Shown here one piece after another: positions 13,257-24,834 of a stretch of 64,000 nucleotides of DNA. Each line of letters starts with the position of its first letter. Within the stretch, counting starts at the first letter, position 1. The notes under the pieces are model-generated. The model made no database searches. It had not been told where the DNA came from and saw only the letters and a program-made list of their open reading frames with translations. Source of the stretch: Octopus bimaculoides (lineage: Eukaryota). The stretch is from NCBI RefSeq assembly GCF_001194135.2, contig NC_068993.1, positions 25,465,272 through 25,529,271 on the forward strand, read 5' to 3'. A program made the position numbers and the translations under genes.

Positions 13257-13750
13257 GTGAAACTAATGGGTTTTTTGTGTTCTTGAATGGCTCACAAACA
13301 TCTACACTGCAGTTATTTTTGTTTCAGCACATGATCTCGGATCAAGTCACTTGCTATGCAAGTACATCTCCATAATATTTTAAAATCACTGTGGATAAAT
13401 GCCATCAATGACCTCCTCAGGTTCTCCAATATTTTAATTTCTAAACAGAAACAATCGGCGGCAGGGAGTGGGGTTGCAAAAAATTAATAATCTCTCAAAT
13501 TGTCTTTTTTATAGCACATAAATGTATTTATGGGGGAAAAATATTGCAAAACATCAATACATGCGAGAGTGATAAAGAAATGAGGAGGGTTGTCTTGTCT
13601 TTGGATGTGATAGAAACAACAGCTAAATCACTCACTTTTCCCTCTGAAAATATTAACAACTTTTAAAAAGTTTTTTTACCAAAAATGTTCTTCTCATGGT
13701 TTTGAAGTGCAATAAAAAATTGGCCAAAATAGGTCCGGAGTGGGATGATG

Positions 13751-13760
13751 NNNNNNNNNN
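13751..13760. other. Assembly gap (10 N)
   Basis: N run. Confidence 1.
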
Positions 13761-14529
13761 CACAACTCCATCATTTCGAAGGCTGTGGCTTAAAAAAAAA
13801 TGGGGAAAATCACCGAAAACATTTCCCCACAAATTCTTTTATAATCATAATCTATGCTGTTTGAAAGGGATTTGTATAAATTTTCATTAAAAGATACCCA
13901 TCTTCCTGACAGTTATGAGGGGAAAAAGTCAGATCATGTGAATTTTCTGAAACTCCTCTCTCCACCTCCTCAAAAAAATTCTTTCATATAAATCCCTATA
14001 TACTCTGAAGCCACATCTAAGTGGTATTTGTAGAAAATTTTGTTAAAAAGTATCCATTTTTCTGGATGTTATGAAGCAACAATGTTGGGGGTGTATACAT
14101 CTGTAGTAACACCCTTTTATTTATACAAATTTTTCATTTCATGTTTATTTCCTTCATTGTTTGCAATGTTCTCTCCCCCCCCCTCTCTCTCTCTCTCTCA
14201 CACACTGCAAAGCTTACAGATGGGCTGCTAAACTGAAATCTCTATGTTGCTTTGAGAGGAAGATAAAACTTGACAAACTATTTCTCCCTCTGTTGTTGGA
14301 CTACCATGATGTTTGTTTAAAAAAGAGAGATTATGACTGTGATAAAATAATGAAAGCAATATTTACTAAGCAAGTGAACTTTATTATATAAAAAAATAAT
14401 TAGTTGTAAAATATAATAATTATTTGAATTGGGAATCAAATGTGAAAATATTATCAAGTGGCTAGCAGAAAACTGCCCGTCAGGAAGTCTTTCTGTTAGT
14501 TTATATAATACAGATATATATGTATAATA

Positions 14530-14561
<32 letters not shown>

Positions 14562-15055
14562 TCATTCATAAACTTCCATAGACAACATGGACTAAATCTT
14601 CTTAAGAAAATATGAAATTACAATGATTTCAATGTCATGATTAGTGAAAGTGAAACCGGTCGGCTAACACAATACTCTTTCACTTATAAAATATATTAAA
14701 AGATATATTAAAACTATGTAAACTGTGTGCATTTTCCTTCTTTTATTATATATATATATATATATTTCTTGCATTATTATTCACGACGTGGAGATAATCA
14801 GAATTCTCTTCCTCACTTTTTCTTACTATATATATATAGCAAGAAAGCAGTTTTGACTGCTATTTCAAGCATGTGATATCTCTTACATACCTTTATTTAT
14901 AATTATATATATATATGTATATAAAAAAAGAGGACCTCGTCAGGATTTGGATAAAAAATAATTTATCACTTTTGTTCCGTATAGGGATTTATCATGAATG
15001 ATTGCTCATAGAAAATTCATACCTTTTATATATGTGAGTTAGTTGAAAAACTTAC

Positions 15056-15099
<44 letters not shown>

Positions 15100-15957
15100 C
15101 ACACAGCCTTACAAACACATATAGATTCAAAATGACAAAGAACCACTCAAATAACCACTCCTAAAACTCAAGAAAACAAATTCAACTCTAGATCTGTTTT
15201 CTATTAACTCATATATATTTATAATAGGTATGAATTTTCTATAAGAAATCATAAATGATGAATCCCTAAAAGAGATGAAAGTGCTAAATAAATGGTTTTA
15301 TACAAATCCTTATTACCTCCTTTTTCTTAATATATAAAATCTGCACACCTCTTCAAATAATCTAAACATCATCATCAACATCATGATCACTTAACATCCA
15401 TTTTCTATGTTGAAATGGGTTTGATGGTTTGACAGGAGCTGGCAAGCCAAGGAACTGCACTAAGTTTCACTTTCTGTTTTGGCAAGGCTTTTATGATTGG
15501 ATGTATATATGTGTTTGTGTGTGTGAATCTATATGTATAAATGTAGAAAGAACAAAGTTGGACAAATACAATTTACTTCAACACTTTAGATGGAGAAAAA
15601 ATCTTAGCAGTTTGGACATTGAGAAAGAAAAAGTAAGAGATGCATAGGGGGAGAAAAGAGAGAGAAATAGTGAGAATACAAAAAATGATGAGAGGACATA
15701 GGATGGAGGTGAAAGGTTAGAAATCTGGGGTGGGAGAAGGTGTTCTAATGGGGAAGGGCACTAAAAAACGGTGGAAGGAATGGATGTGTAGATCCATGAA
15801 AGAAAGCAAAGATGAAAGTAGTTTGTGAGTGTCTGTGTGATGATGTATGAGTATAGATGTGTGTAAGATGGAAGTACTGAGGTGCTGGTTAGTGAGGGTG
15901 GGGGTGAATTGTTAATGGAGTAGTGTGAAAGTGTATGTGAAGATGTAAGAACCTGGA

Positions 15958-15996
<39 letters not shown>

Positions 15997-16243
15997 CATT
16001 GATGAAGCACATAAGATTGCAAAAGCCAGGTGGAAGGTGTTATCGATGTGTGTGCAAGAGCATAAACAAAGTAGGGCTGGAAAAGTGTTTTTCCAGGCAT
16101 TTGACCATGGAAGAAAGAGGGAAGGTTAATGTTATAATTCAAAACTGAAGGAAAAAGTTTAAGATTGAAACAGATGCAGCTGAATAGATTTTAATGGAGC
16201 CACAAAGTTTGTGAAAACAGAAGTCATTAAAAAAAATACTTAC

Positions 16244-16435
16244 ATGGAACACATTTGGCTGGTTCCTTTGCCCAGGTTAATGAAGGAAGACAATGGTTTA
16301 TAGCATCTCCAACTAACTGATATCCACTTGCACATCTTGTCTGGCAAAAGGTGTTCACAGGAACAGTGGAATTTTGACAAATGGTTGGCTCCAAAATGGC
16401 ATGAGGGGTGATACTCATGTTAGGGCATGATTTGG
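16244..16435 (-). CDS. Exon, six-Cys CCP/sushi domain 5: AKSCPNMSITPHAILEPTICQNSTVPVNTFCQTRCASGYQLVGDAINHCLPSLTWAKEPAKCVP
   Basis: 192 nt, ttttatttcag acceptor, gtaagt donor; overlaps ORF 16227..16418. Confidence 0.92.
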
Positions 16436-17377
16436 CTGAAATAAAAATAGTTATTTGAAGTTAAATACACCAGATACTTTGGGGATAACAATTTCTAAGA
16501 CTGAAAAAATTATAAAATATAGGAACTCAAGAATCTTATAGCAACTTTGAAAGAATGTTTCCAAGAATAAAGTCATGAGTGAGTGTCGAAAATAGTGCTG
16601 TCAAGTTGAAGAGGTTAGAGATAGAGATGATAATAAAACAAATGGTTTTCCACAAAAGGATTTCATAATCAAAGTTTCAAGCTCTACCAGTGTTGAATCT
16701 GCCATTTCTGTTTCTATGGTTAAATACAAAATAACAATAATACACTGTGGTTAGTCCAATAAACAAAACTGCCCTCCAACAAAAACTTATATCTAATCCA
16801 ATAAACAAGACATTATCATCATCCTTTAACATTTGTTTTCCATGCTGGAGAGCTGCACCAGGTTTCAGTCTGATTTGACTTGGTTTCTTTAGCTGGATGC
16901 TCTTCCAAATTCAACCACTGTACAATGTATGATGGGTGCTTTTAACATTGCACCAGTAAGAGGTCATCTCTTTAAATATTCCCTGAAATGTTTTGTTGTG
17001 GGTGTGCACAGAATTTTGCTTGTGAGCAAATTTCATCTTTTTTGCAAAGTATGTGTACACTCATGTGTACTTTTTTTGCAAAGTATGTGTACATCCAAAA
17101 AGTGTCCTGGTGAGCCTATAAACTTTTCCTTCAAACCTCATATCTAAGTATTTCATTTTAATACTCTAGTTTCAGTTTATAATGCTTGTTCTGGCTTCAA
17201 CTCAAGTTGGATACAAAAACAAAAAAAAAAAACATTTGTATCTTAAAGTTGGGGTTGAGTAGGTGTCAAACCATTGAAATAAGCTCTTGGAATCTTTTAA
17301 TAACTTAATATGTAATGTAAATAAATACTGAAGACATAGGAATGACAACAACAAGAGTAACACATTTGCAAAAAACA

Positions 17378-17625
17378 TCCTTTCTTATTTCTTTATTGCC
17401 CACAAGGGGCTAAACATAGAGGGGACAAATAAGGACAGACAAAGGGATTAAGTCGATTACATCGACCCCAGTGCGTAACTGGTACTTAATTTATTGACCC
17501 CGGAAGGATGAAAGGCAAAGTCGACCTCGGTGGAATTTGAACTCAGAATGTAACGACAGACAAAATACCACTAAGCATTTCGCCCGGCATGCTAATGATT
17601 CTGCCAGCTCCCCGCCTTTACATCC
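17378..17625 (-). mobile_element. tRNA-derived SINE, family B (core GCCTTTCATCCTT..GGGGTC.ATAAATTAAGTACCAG, Meta-domain-like)
   Basis: Near full-length and little decayed; relatives at 42050-42290, 46790-47010, 51688-51771 and 54795-54995. Confidence 0.85.
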
Positions 17626-18704
17626 TTTCTATTATGGAGAAACTGTTGATCATCAACAAATTGCAAACAGAAACCAAAAATTTATCCAGAGACAAGAAAG
17701 CAGTCAAAGAAAAAATACAGACATATCAACAAGTGTATTAGAAATGTAACAGATAATTAAGTTAGAAATGATCTAATTATAAATCTCACAGAGAGATAAT
17801 TATGGTTTTGAACTAAATTCCTTGAAAACAGTTACACATATCTGGAGTTTTAATATTTGAATATTTTTTGTTATTATCTTTATCTATTAAGTAGTCCTTT
17901 TCTGTGTCCCCCACAAATTTCAAAACATGAAAGTGAAGGAAATAAAAGGAAAAATGAAATTTTAAGAAAGTAAGAATGTTGTCAGATTGCTTCCATTGTG
18001 TTCCTTTTTCTTTTTTTCAGTTTTTATTTTCACATGACATTCCAATTTCTATTATTTCCCACATCTTAATATCAAGGGTAAAAGAAAGGTTTTATTAATA
18101 TCAGTTCAATACCTTGCTTATGCACCATTTAATAACTTGGTAGCTTTCTAACTTGGATGCTGGCAACAGCTGGTGTTAAATTGACCCAGCAATGAGTTGT
18201 TCTAGCAATGAATTAACTTAGCGATGAGTTTAACAATGATGAATTGACTGAACACCACAAACACAATATTCTAAAAGAATGTTTCAGATTTCTCTCCTTC
18301 GTAAGGCATGTCATTTACCAGCATATATCAGACAAATACAGCAGACATTTGACAGCATTATACTAACTTGTTCCACATCAGTTGTGGCAAATCTAGTTTC
18401 ATCTTTTACTTTTTTTATATATAACTTACTCATTGCAGGCTATTTCCCCTCATCTTTCACAATCATACAGTATCATTACCTTTGGTATGCCTTCATTATA
18501 TATAGAATCACAATTCTGACAAAACATCTCTTACTCTATCCATTCTTCCTCAGTTATTTCAAATCTCTTACATCCACAGCTCATATCAAATTCCGTAATA
18601 CATCACAAACAATCCAACTTTCAGTTACTAAAGAGGATTTACATTAAAAAACAACCTTTTTATGATTGGCATAATATAATAAAAAAAACTAGTTGTATAT
18701 TCAC

Positions 18705-18902
18705 CTGCACATGTTGCTTGTTTCTGAGACCAAGATCCATTTAACAAACATTTTACAGATTTTGTACCATTAACTGTGTATCCTTTCAAACACTTCACCT
18801 TGCATACAGTTCCTGGTTTTATACCAGTTTCATCAGGGTATTGACAAGAGGCTGGTATTAACTGACCATTTTCTGGAAACACCAAGCTTGGACAATGTGA
18901 TG
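18705..18902 (-). CDS. Exon, six-Cys CCP/sushi domain 4: ASHCPSLVFPENGQLIPASCQYPDETGIKPGTVCKVKCLKGYTVNGTKSVKCLLNGSWSQKQATCA
   Basis: 198 nt, ttttttttccattcctaaaacag acceptor, gtgaat donor; overlaps ORF 18628..18885. Confidence 0.93.
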
Positions 18903-19149
18903 CTGTTTTAGGAATGGAAAAAAAAGATCAGTCAGTTAACCATTTCTGTATATAGAACTACTTATGTATAGTAAACATTTTTGTCAAAGAGGCATGGACT
19001 GAAAAGCTCTACCATATGAGGTTCTGTGCATTTTTATTTGTAACAAATATGTTTATATGAGGATATATGTATAAACATTTATTCCTTTGAAGTCACTGCC
19101 AGACCACTGCATCCCTCTATATGTAAGGTGTATGAAGCATATGTGATAT

Positions 19150-19730
19150 AAAAGCTATAGGTGTGAGGGTGTGGCTGTGTAGTAAAAGGGTTTCTTCCCA
19201 ACTACATGGCTTTGGATTCAATCCTGCTGCATGGCACCTTGGGAAAGTATATTCTTCTATACCTTTGGGCTGACCAAAGCCTTGTGAGTGGAGTTGACAG
19301 ATGGAACTGAAAGAAACCTGTCGTGTGTGTGTGTGTGTGTGCACGCACACATGTGTTTCTTTGTGTTTGTCCCCCACCACTGCTTGAAACCAGTGTTGGT
19401 GTATCTACATCCTCATAACTTAGTAGTTCAGCAAAAGAATCCGATAAAATAAGTACCCGACCTAAAAAAGAGTCCTGGAGTCGATTCATTTGACTAAAAA
19501 TTCCTGAAGGCAGTGCCCCAGAGTCTTATGACTGAAAGAAGTAAAAGATAAAAGATATATATAGGTGCAGGAGTGGTGATGTGGTAAGAAGCTTGCTTCC
19601 CGAAAACATGATTTCGGGTTTGGTTCCACCATGTGACACTTTGGGCAAGCATCTTCTACTAGAGCCTTCAGCCAATCAAAGTCTTGTGATTGGATTTGGT
19701 AAATGAAAATTGAAAGAAGCCTGTTGTATG

Positions 19731-19768
<38 letters not shown>

Positions 19769-19787
19769 TAGATATAATATGTATATG

Positions 19788-19838
<51 letters not shown>

Positions 19839-19990
19839 ATGTATGTGTGTATGTGTGTCTTTGTCCCCCCCCCCACCACTGCTTGACAACCGGTGTTGAT
19901 GTGTTTATGTCCTAGTGTCAATTTGCTCAATTAAAAACCCTTCAAGGTGGTGCCCCAGAATGGGTGTCATCAAATGACTGAAACAAATAA
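19150..19990 (+). mobile_element. Two head-to-tail family A SINE copies (about 19150-19556 and 19561-19990)
   Basis: Two successive head-body-tail units with (TG)n/(TA)n centres. Confidence 0.8.
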
Positions 19991-20012
19991 AATATATATA
20001 TAAATATATATA

Positions 20013-20662
20013 CTAGCAGGCCTCCTGGCCTTCGGCCCGGTCTGTACGGTGTTGAGATGTATTCATAAGGTACATATTGGCGTCTATCATAATTCCCATT
20101 TTCCTTACAATAACAGTTGTTAAAAGGTATTTAAATATTGCATAACATAATTTTATAAATTCATTTAGACTATCTAAATACAGAAAGTAACATAGATAAT
20201 AATAGATATATGTATTGTACAAAAATTATAAAACATTTGCAGAACTTCAGTATATACAATGTTTTTAACTTATTTCTTTGAAGCATATGTGAAGAGTTTC
20301 TGTGGGTTTCCTCCTCTGGAACAACCTATGTACAATTGACCATTGGCTTCTAGAAGGAGACTGACAACCTGCAGTGTTTGACCTGGGAATTGCAATCGTT
20401 TGAAATGAAAGCAGATATCTGTTGGTATTAGTGATATTCTAGGTATAAGTACGATGTCTCCCTTATCGCATCCAGTGAAGATTCTTGCTTCAATGTGAGG
20501 CTGTTGTTCAGACACAACCATACATGTACCATTGCTGAATCTTGATTGATCCAGGTTTCTGAGAAGCATGGTTGATGGCAGCAAGTTGTGGTTGTGTTGG
20601 TAGTAGTGGTGGCAGTATAGATTAATAGGCATTAGTGGTTGTGGTGGTAATATCCGTAGCAC
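20013..20662 (-). mobile_element. Helitron 3' end: PIF1-type helicase C-terminus, 3' hairpin and CTAG terminus
   Basis: ORF 20270..20662 MLLRNLD..NGT..IPRI.LIPTD..F.FKRLQFP..GQLY.GCSR, followed by KNIVYTEVL. Terminus on the minus strand reads GGCCGAAGGCC..CTGCTAG|T. Confidence 0.92.
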
Positions 20663-21168
20663 AATTTAAATATTCTAAATAAATGCTAATCCCGCCTCTG
20701 TCTCACTTGTTTTTACTCTCTAACCCACTTTCTATTTGTCTCACGTATTTTGTCTCTTGGGAAAAAAGAGGTTGAGGTAGTGAAAGAGAGAGAGAGAGAG
20801 AGAGAGAGAAATGGAGATAGTGAGAGAGATAGAGAGGACATATAAACAGACAAAGTAGAAGTTCAGTATCTCACTTGTTTTTTCTCCGTAACCCACTTTC
20901 TCTCTCTCACTTGTGTTTTTTCTCTAGAGAGAAAAAGAGGTAGTGAGAGAGACACATATACAACCAGAGAGAGAGAGAGAGAGAGAGACATAAAAAGGGA
21001 TAGAGATGGATGCAGAGACATAGAGAGAGATGCAGAGACATAGGGAGGGATGCAGTGGTCTGGCAGTGACTTCAAAGGAATAAATGTAATGTATAAACTT
21101 AGAGTAAACTGGAGATGGATTGTGTGATAGGTGGGGTATTTTTTCACTCTGTGAAAAGCATTACGGTG

Positions 21169-21750
21169 AAATAGACAGTACATGCTAGAAATAGGAGTCA
21201 GTGCACCACCAACTCGGCATCCCACCTCATTCTGTTTTTGGAAAATAAGTGCACAATTATCTGCAGAATGGTCGAATTGATTTAACAAGACAAACCTGAA
21301 ATATTAGCAATTTTATTTAGTATTTTCAACAGTCAAGGTAGAAACAAACAAACAAACTTTGCTTTTTATAAGGATATATAGACATTGTGTTTAAATATAC
21401 AGTATGTGGATTGCTAGACATAGGAACCAATCGCCCCTGCCGATCCATTTGCAGAAAACAAGTGCACAGTTGTCTGCGGAATGGTTAAATTAATTTAAAT
21501 GACATGAAAAACCTGAAATATCAGTTCTATTTAGTGTTTCCAATGGTCAATGTACAAACAAACAAACTTTGCTTTTTATAAGGATTAGACATTATGATAA
21601 AATAGACAGTACATGGATTACTAGAAATAGGAGCCAATTCACCACGAACTCGCCCCCACCCCATTCAGTTTTTGTAAAATAACTGCACAGTTATCTGCAG
21701 AATGGTCAAATTAATTTAAATGGCATGAAAAACCTGAAATATTATCAATT
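21169..21750. repeat. Three tandem units of about 205-225 bp, each with (ACAA)n-CTTTGCTTTTTATAAGGAT
   Basis: Units start near 21169, 21393 and 21599 and share TGCACA.TT.TCTGC.GAATGGT and AACCTGAAATAT. Confidence 0.8.
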
Positions 21751-21797
21751 GGATATTTAAAATCACCTCAGTAATATCAGATGGCATACTATAGTTA

Positions 21798-21968
<171 letters not shown>

Positions 21969-22168
21969 TTAAAGGAAAATTACACTAACATGCTGATTAC
22001 AAACTCTTAAAGATGTGTCTCTATTTACAGAATACAGGAATTGACTGTTACTTTGAAATGGCAACTGAACTGTGGTAATGATGTAGGATTAATTTGAGGT
22101 GGGAGAGTGTTTCTATTGGAGGGATTCAATTGGTGTGAAGAAAGCTCAGTGTAGGCTCATTATTGTTA

Positions 22169-23010
22169 TACAAGGGGTCACCCCACAGTAACCAGAAATG
22201 TTCTCTGTGGGACAAACCCATAATAGTCCAGGCTTCTGCCACTACAAGCCACATGATGCAACCCCAAAACATAAGTCTGCCAACCAGCAATGGAGCCTGT
22301 GGTCACACTGCCACGCGATGCATCTTTGTTTTGCAGTGCTTCTACCCTGTTCATAGATTTTTGCAATGGCTGAAACAAAAGAACAGCATGCTTCTGTAAA
22401 CTTCTGTTTTCTGTGGTGGAAAATGGTGGCCGAAACAGTTCTCATACTTCAAACAGCTTACAAGGACACTGCTATGAGCATAACACAAGTTTATGAATGG
22501 TTTCCACACTTTAGGAATGGTCACTTGTCGCTTGAAATCAACCTTGTTCAGGATAACCATCGACCTCCTGAACAAATGAAAACATCATGAAAATTCATGA
22601 ACTGATCTTGGAGGACTATCACCGAACAATTGATGATCTTGTTGATATGATTGATGTGTCCTGGAACTTCTGCCAACGAATTTTGGTCAAGGGTCTGTGA
22701 ATGAAAAAAGCTGCAGCAAAATTTGTGCTTGCTTGCTCATGGAAAGCCAAAACCGAATGCCTGTCATGAACTGAAAGAACAGTTGGAAGTTGATCCAGAC
22801 CTTTTTCCAAAGGTCAGCACTGGTGATGAAAGCTGGTGCTATGGAATTTGCCTATATGGAAGAGGTGGAGGAAAAAACGATGGAGGCATTAAAAAGCAAC
22901 CCTTTGCAAGAGCTTCTGCACTGCTTTGAATAGTGGAAAATGTGCCTGGACCACTGCATTGCTTCAAATGAAAAATACTTTGAGGGTGATAAAAGTGTAA
23001 ACATGTAAAA
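22169..23010 (+). mobile_element. Internally deleted mariner element
   Basis: HTH N-terminus EQHASVNFCFL..AETV..LQTAYKD..QVYEWF (22366..22590) and KVSTGDESWCYG (22723..22929), joined directly to the C-terminus ..CLDHCIASNEKYFEGDK; TA plus a candidate TIR near 22169. Confidence 0.88.
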
Positions 23011-24248
23011 CTAAGGGAATAAAATAATATTGCAAAATTTCATATGACCAATAATGAAAGCAACAGAGAAGAGAGAAGATGAAAAGAAAAAAGAGGACCA
23101 TGTTCAAATTGAAGTTCCAGCTCTATTCAGTATAAAGATTTTACACAAGCCAATATGGTTGCCTTTATACTAGAAATAGCAATCATATTTCCCTTAAATC
23201 ACACCCTACTGTCTTTAAAAATAGGGCAGGATGGGTATTCCTGAAGTAACTTTTATCATAGGTGCCTACTCAAAGGTAACCTGAGGCTAAATAATAGCAA
23301 AAAGATTTTACAAATGAAGAATTTCCTGTAGGAGTCACTTTGATTGTTAAAAACATCAAAATTTCCTTCAAATTACATCTTAAATATCTTAGGAAGGAAA
23401 GATATGCACTATGCCTGAGGAAATAATAAAGTAGTCATGACAGAAGATCTGAAGCTAAGCAACAACAATTGCAAATATTTGAAACAGTTGTAACATTTCG
23501 AAGTTATAAATGATTAGAATAGTCTTCCAAAATCAATCTAAGAATAACATTAAATATTCTTTAAGATTAGATGATTCACTTTTTAACTTAAGACATTGTC
23601 CTGTCATAGCATATATAATCATTTCACTAGTCGAAGGTATTTGTATTTCCTTTCACAGGCCCCTTAATAAGAATATGGTGCAAATAATGGACCAAACATT
23701 TTATAATTATGTCAAAGAGTGGTTTCCAGTTTGACATAAGAAAATATGAAAGTTGTACTTTCCATGATTTTTGTAGGTGCATTTGTAGTATAAGGAGGAT
23801 GGGTAATAGCAAGAAATGAGATAGAGAAAGTAGGTTACAGTCTTAATTTGTTAGGACATTTGAATGTACCAAAAGTTTTCTGTAGTAGGTGATTTGATAA
23901 CCTCATTAATGTCTAGTGAGGTGAGTAAGGCCATGGTCTTAGATTTAGTTTCAATTCCATGTATTGGATATTTTGCTTTAACTATGGTCCTTTGAAATAA
24001 CATAAATTAACTCCCATTTTCTCTTCTTTGAAATTAAAGGAAGTATGATTCATATCATGAGATCTAAAATATAAAATGAGAAAAGGTTATTTCTCAAGTT
24101 CTATTCAAGCCTAACATTTCATGTGTCAGTATTCAAATAATTTCTTGGAGCAGCTAATGTTTTATCTCTCTAGTACTGATAAATTAGGAACCAGTAATTA
24201 ACTGATGCTGACTTAATTTCCTTTAACCCTTTCCCTAAGCATAACAAA

Positions 24249-24834
24249 ATAGGCCAATGACTTACAATGAGTAAACAGTATCACGTTCCTACTCTATTCT
24301 TACATATTAAGTAAAGGTACTCCCAATTGACAACTACATTTTGTGTTCTTTGTTTCTAACAACTATTTTGGTATCTGTCAGGTTGACCTTAGGCCTGTGC
24401 ACTAGAGACCATGCTACCCTATTTGGAACTTGATAGATTCTGCTATGAGTATATATCCTGAAGTGTAGTGGTTATGAAACAGCTGTTAAGCTGAGTAACT
24501 TACCAAATCAAGGAAGTCATAAAAGATTTTATTTAATCCTCTAGCATTTAGATTACTCTGTCAAATGTAATACCTATTTGTTTACATTGTTTTGAATTAG
24601 TCATGCATAATCAATGATGTGAGTGTTCATTTCTTTTAGAATGACATTGTAGGGTAGATGTGAGTAGCCAGATCTGGCCAGTTTGGGCCAAAAAAAACAT
24701 ATAAAATATTTTGGCTGGATATGACCAGTTTAAATACTGAAGGGTTAACTTGCCATCACAGTGCATATTGTCGACAAAAAACATATGGAGCCTCATGTAT
24801 AACTATCCATCAAAAAGTACTTACATATGCACAC
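24249..24834 (+). repeat. Copy 1 (left part) of a local ~660-bp duplication; continues at 27969-28043 after the LINE
   Basis: About 21 substitutions and 1 indel over ~575 bp against 31468-32046 (hand count). Confidence 0.93.
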
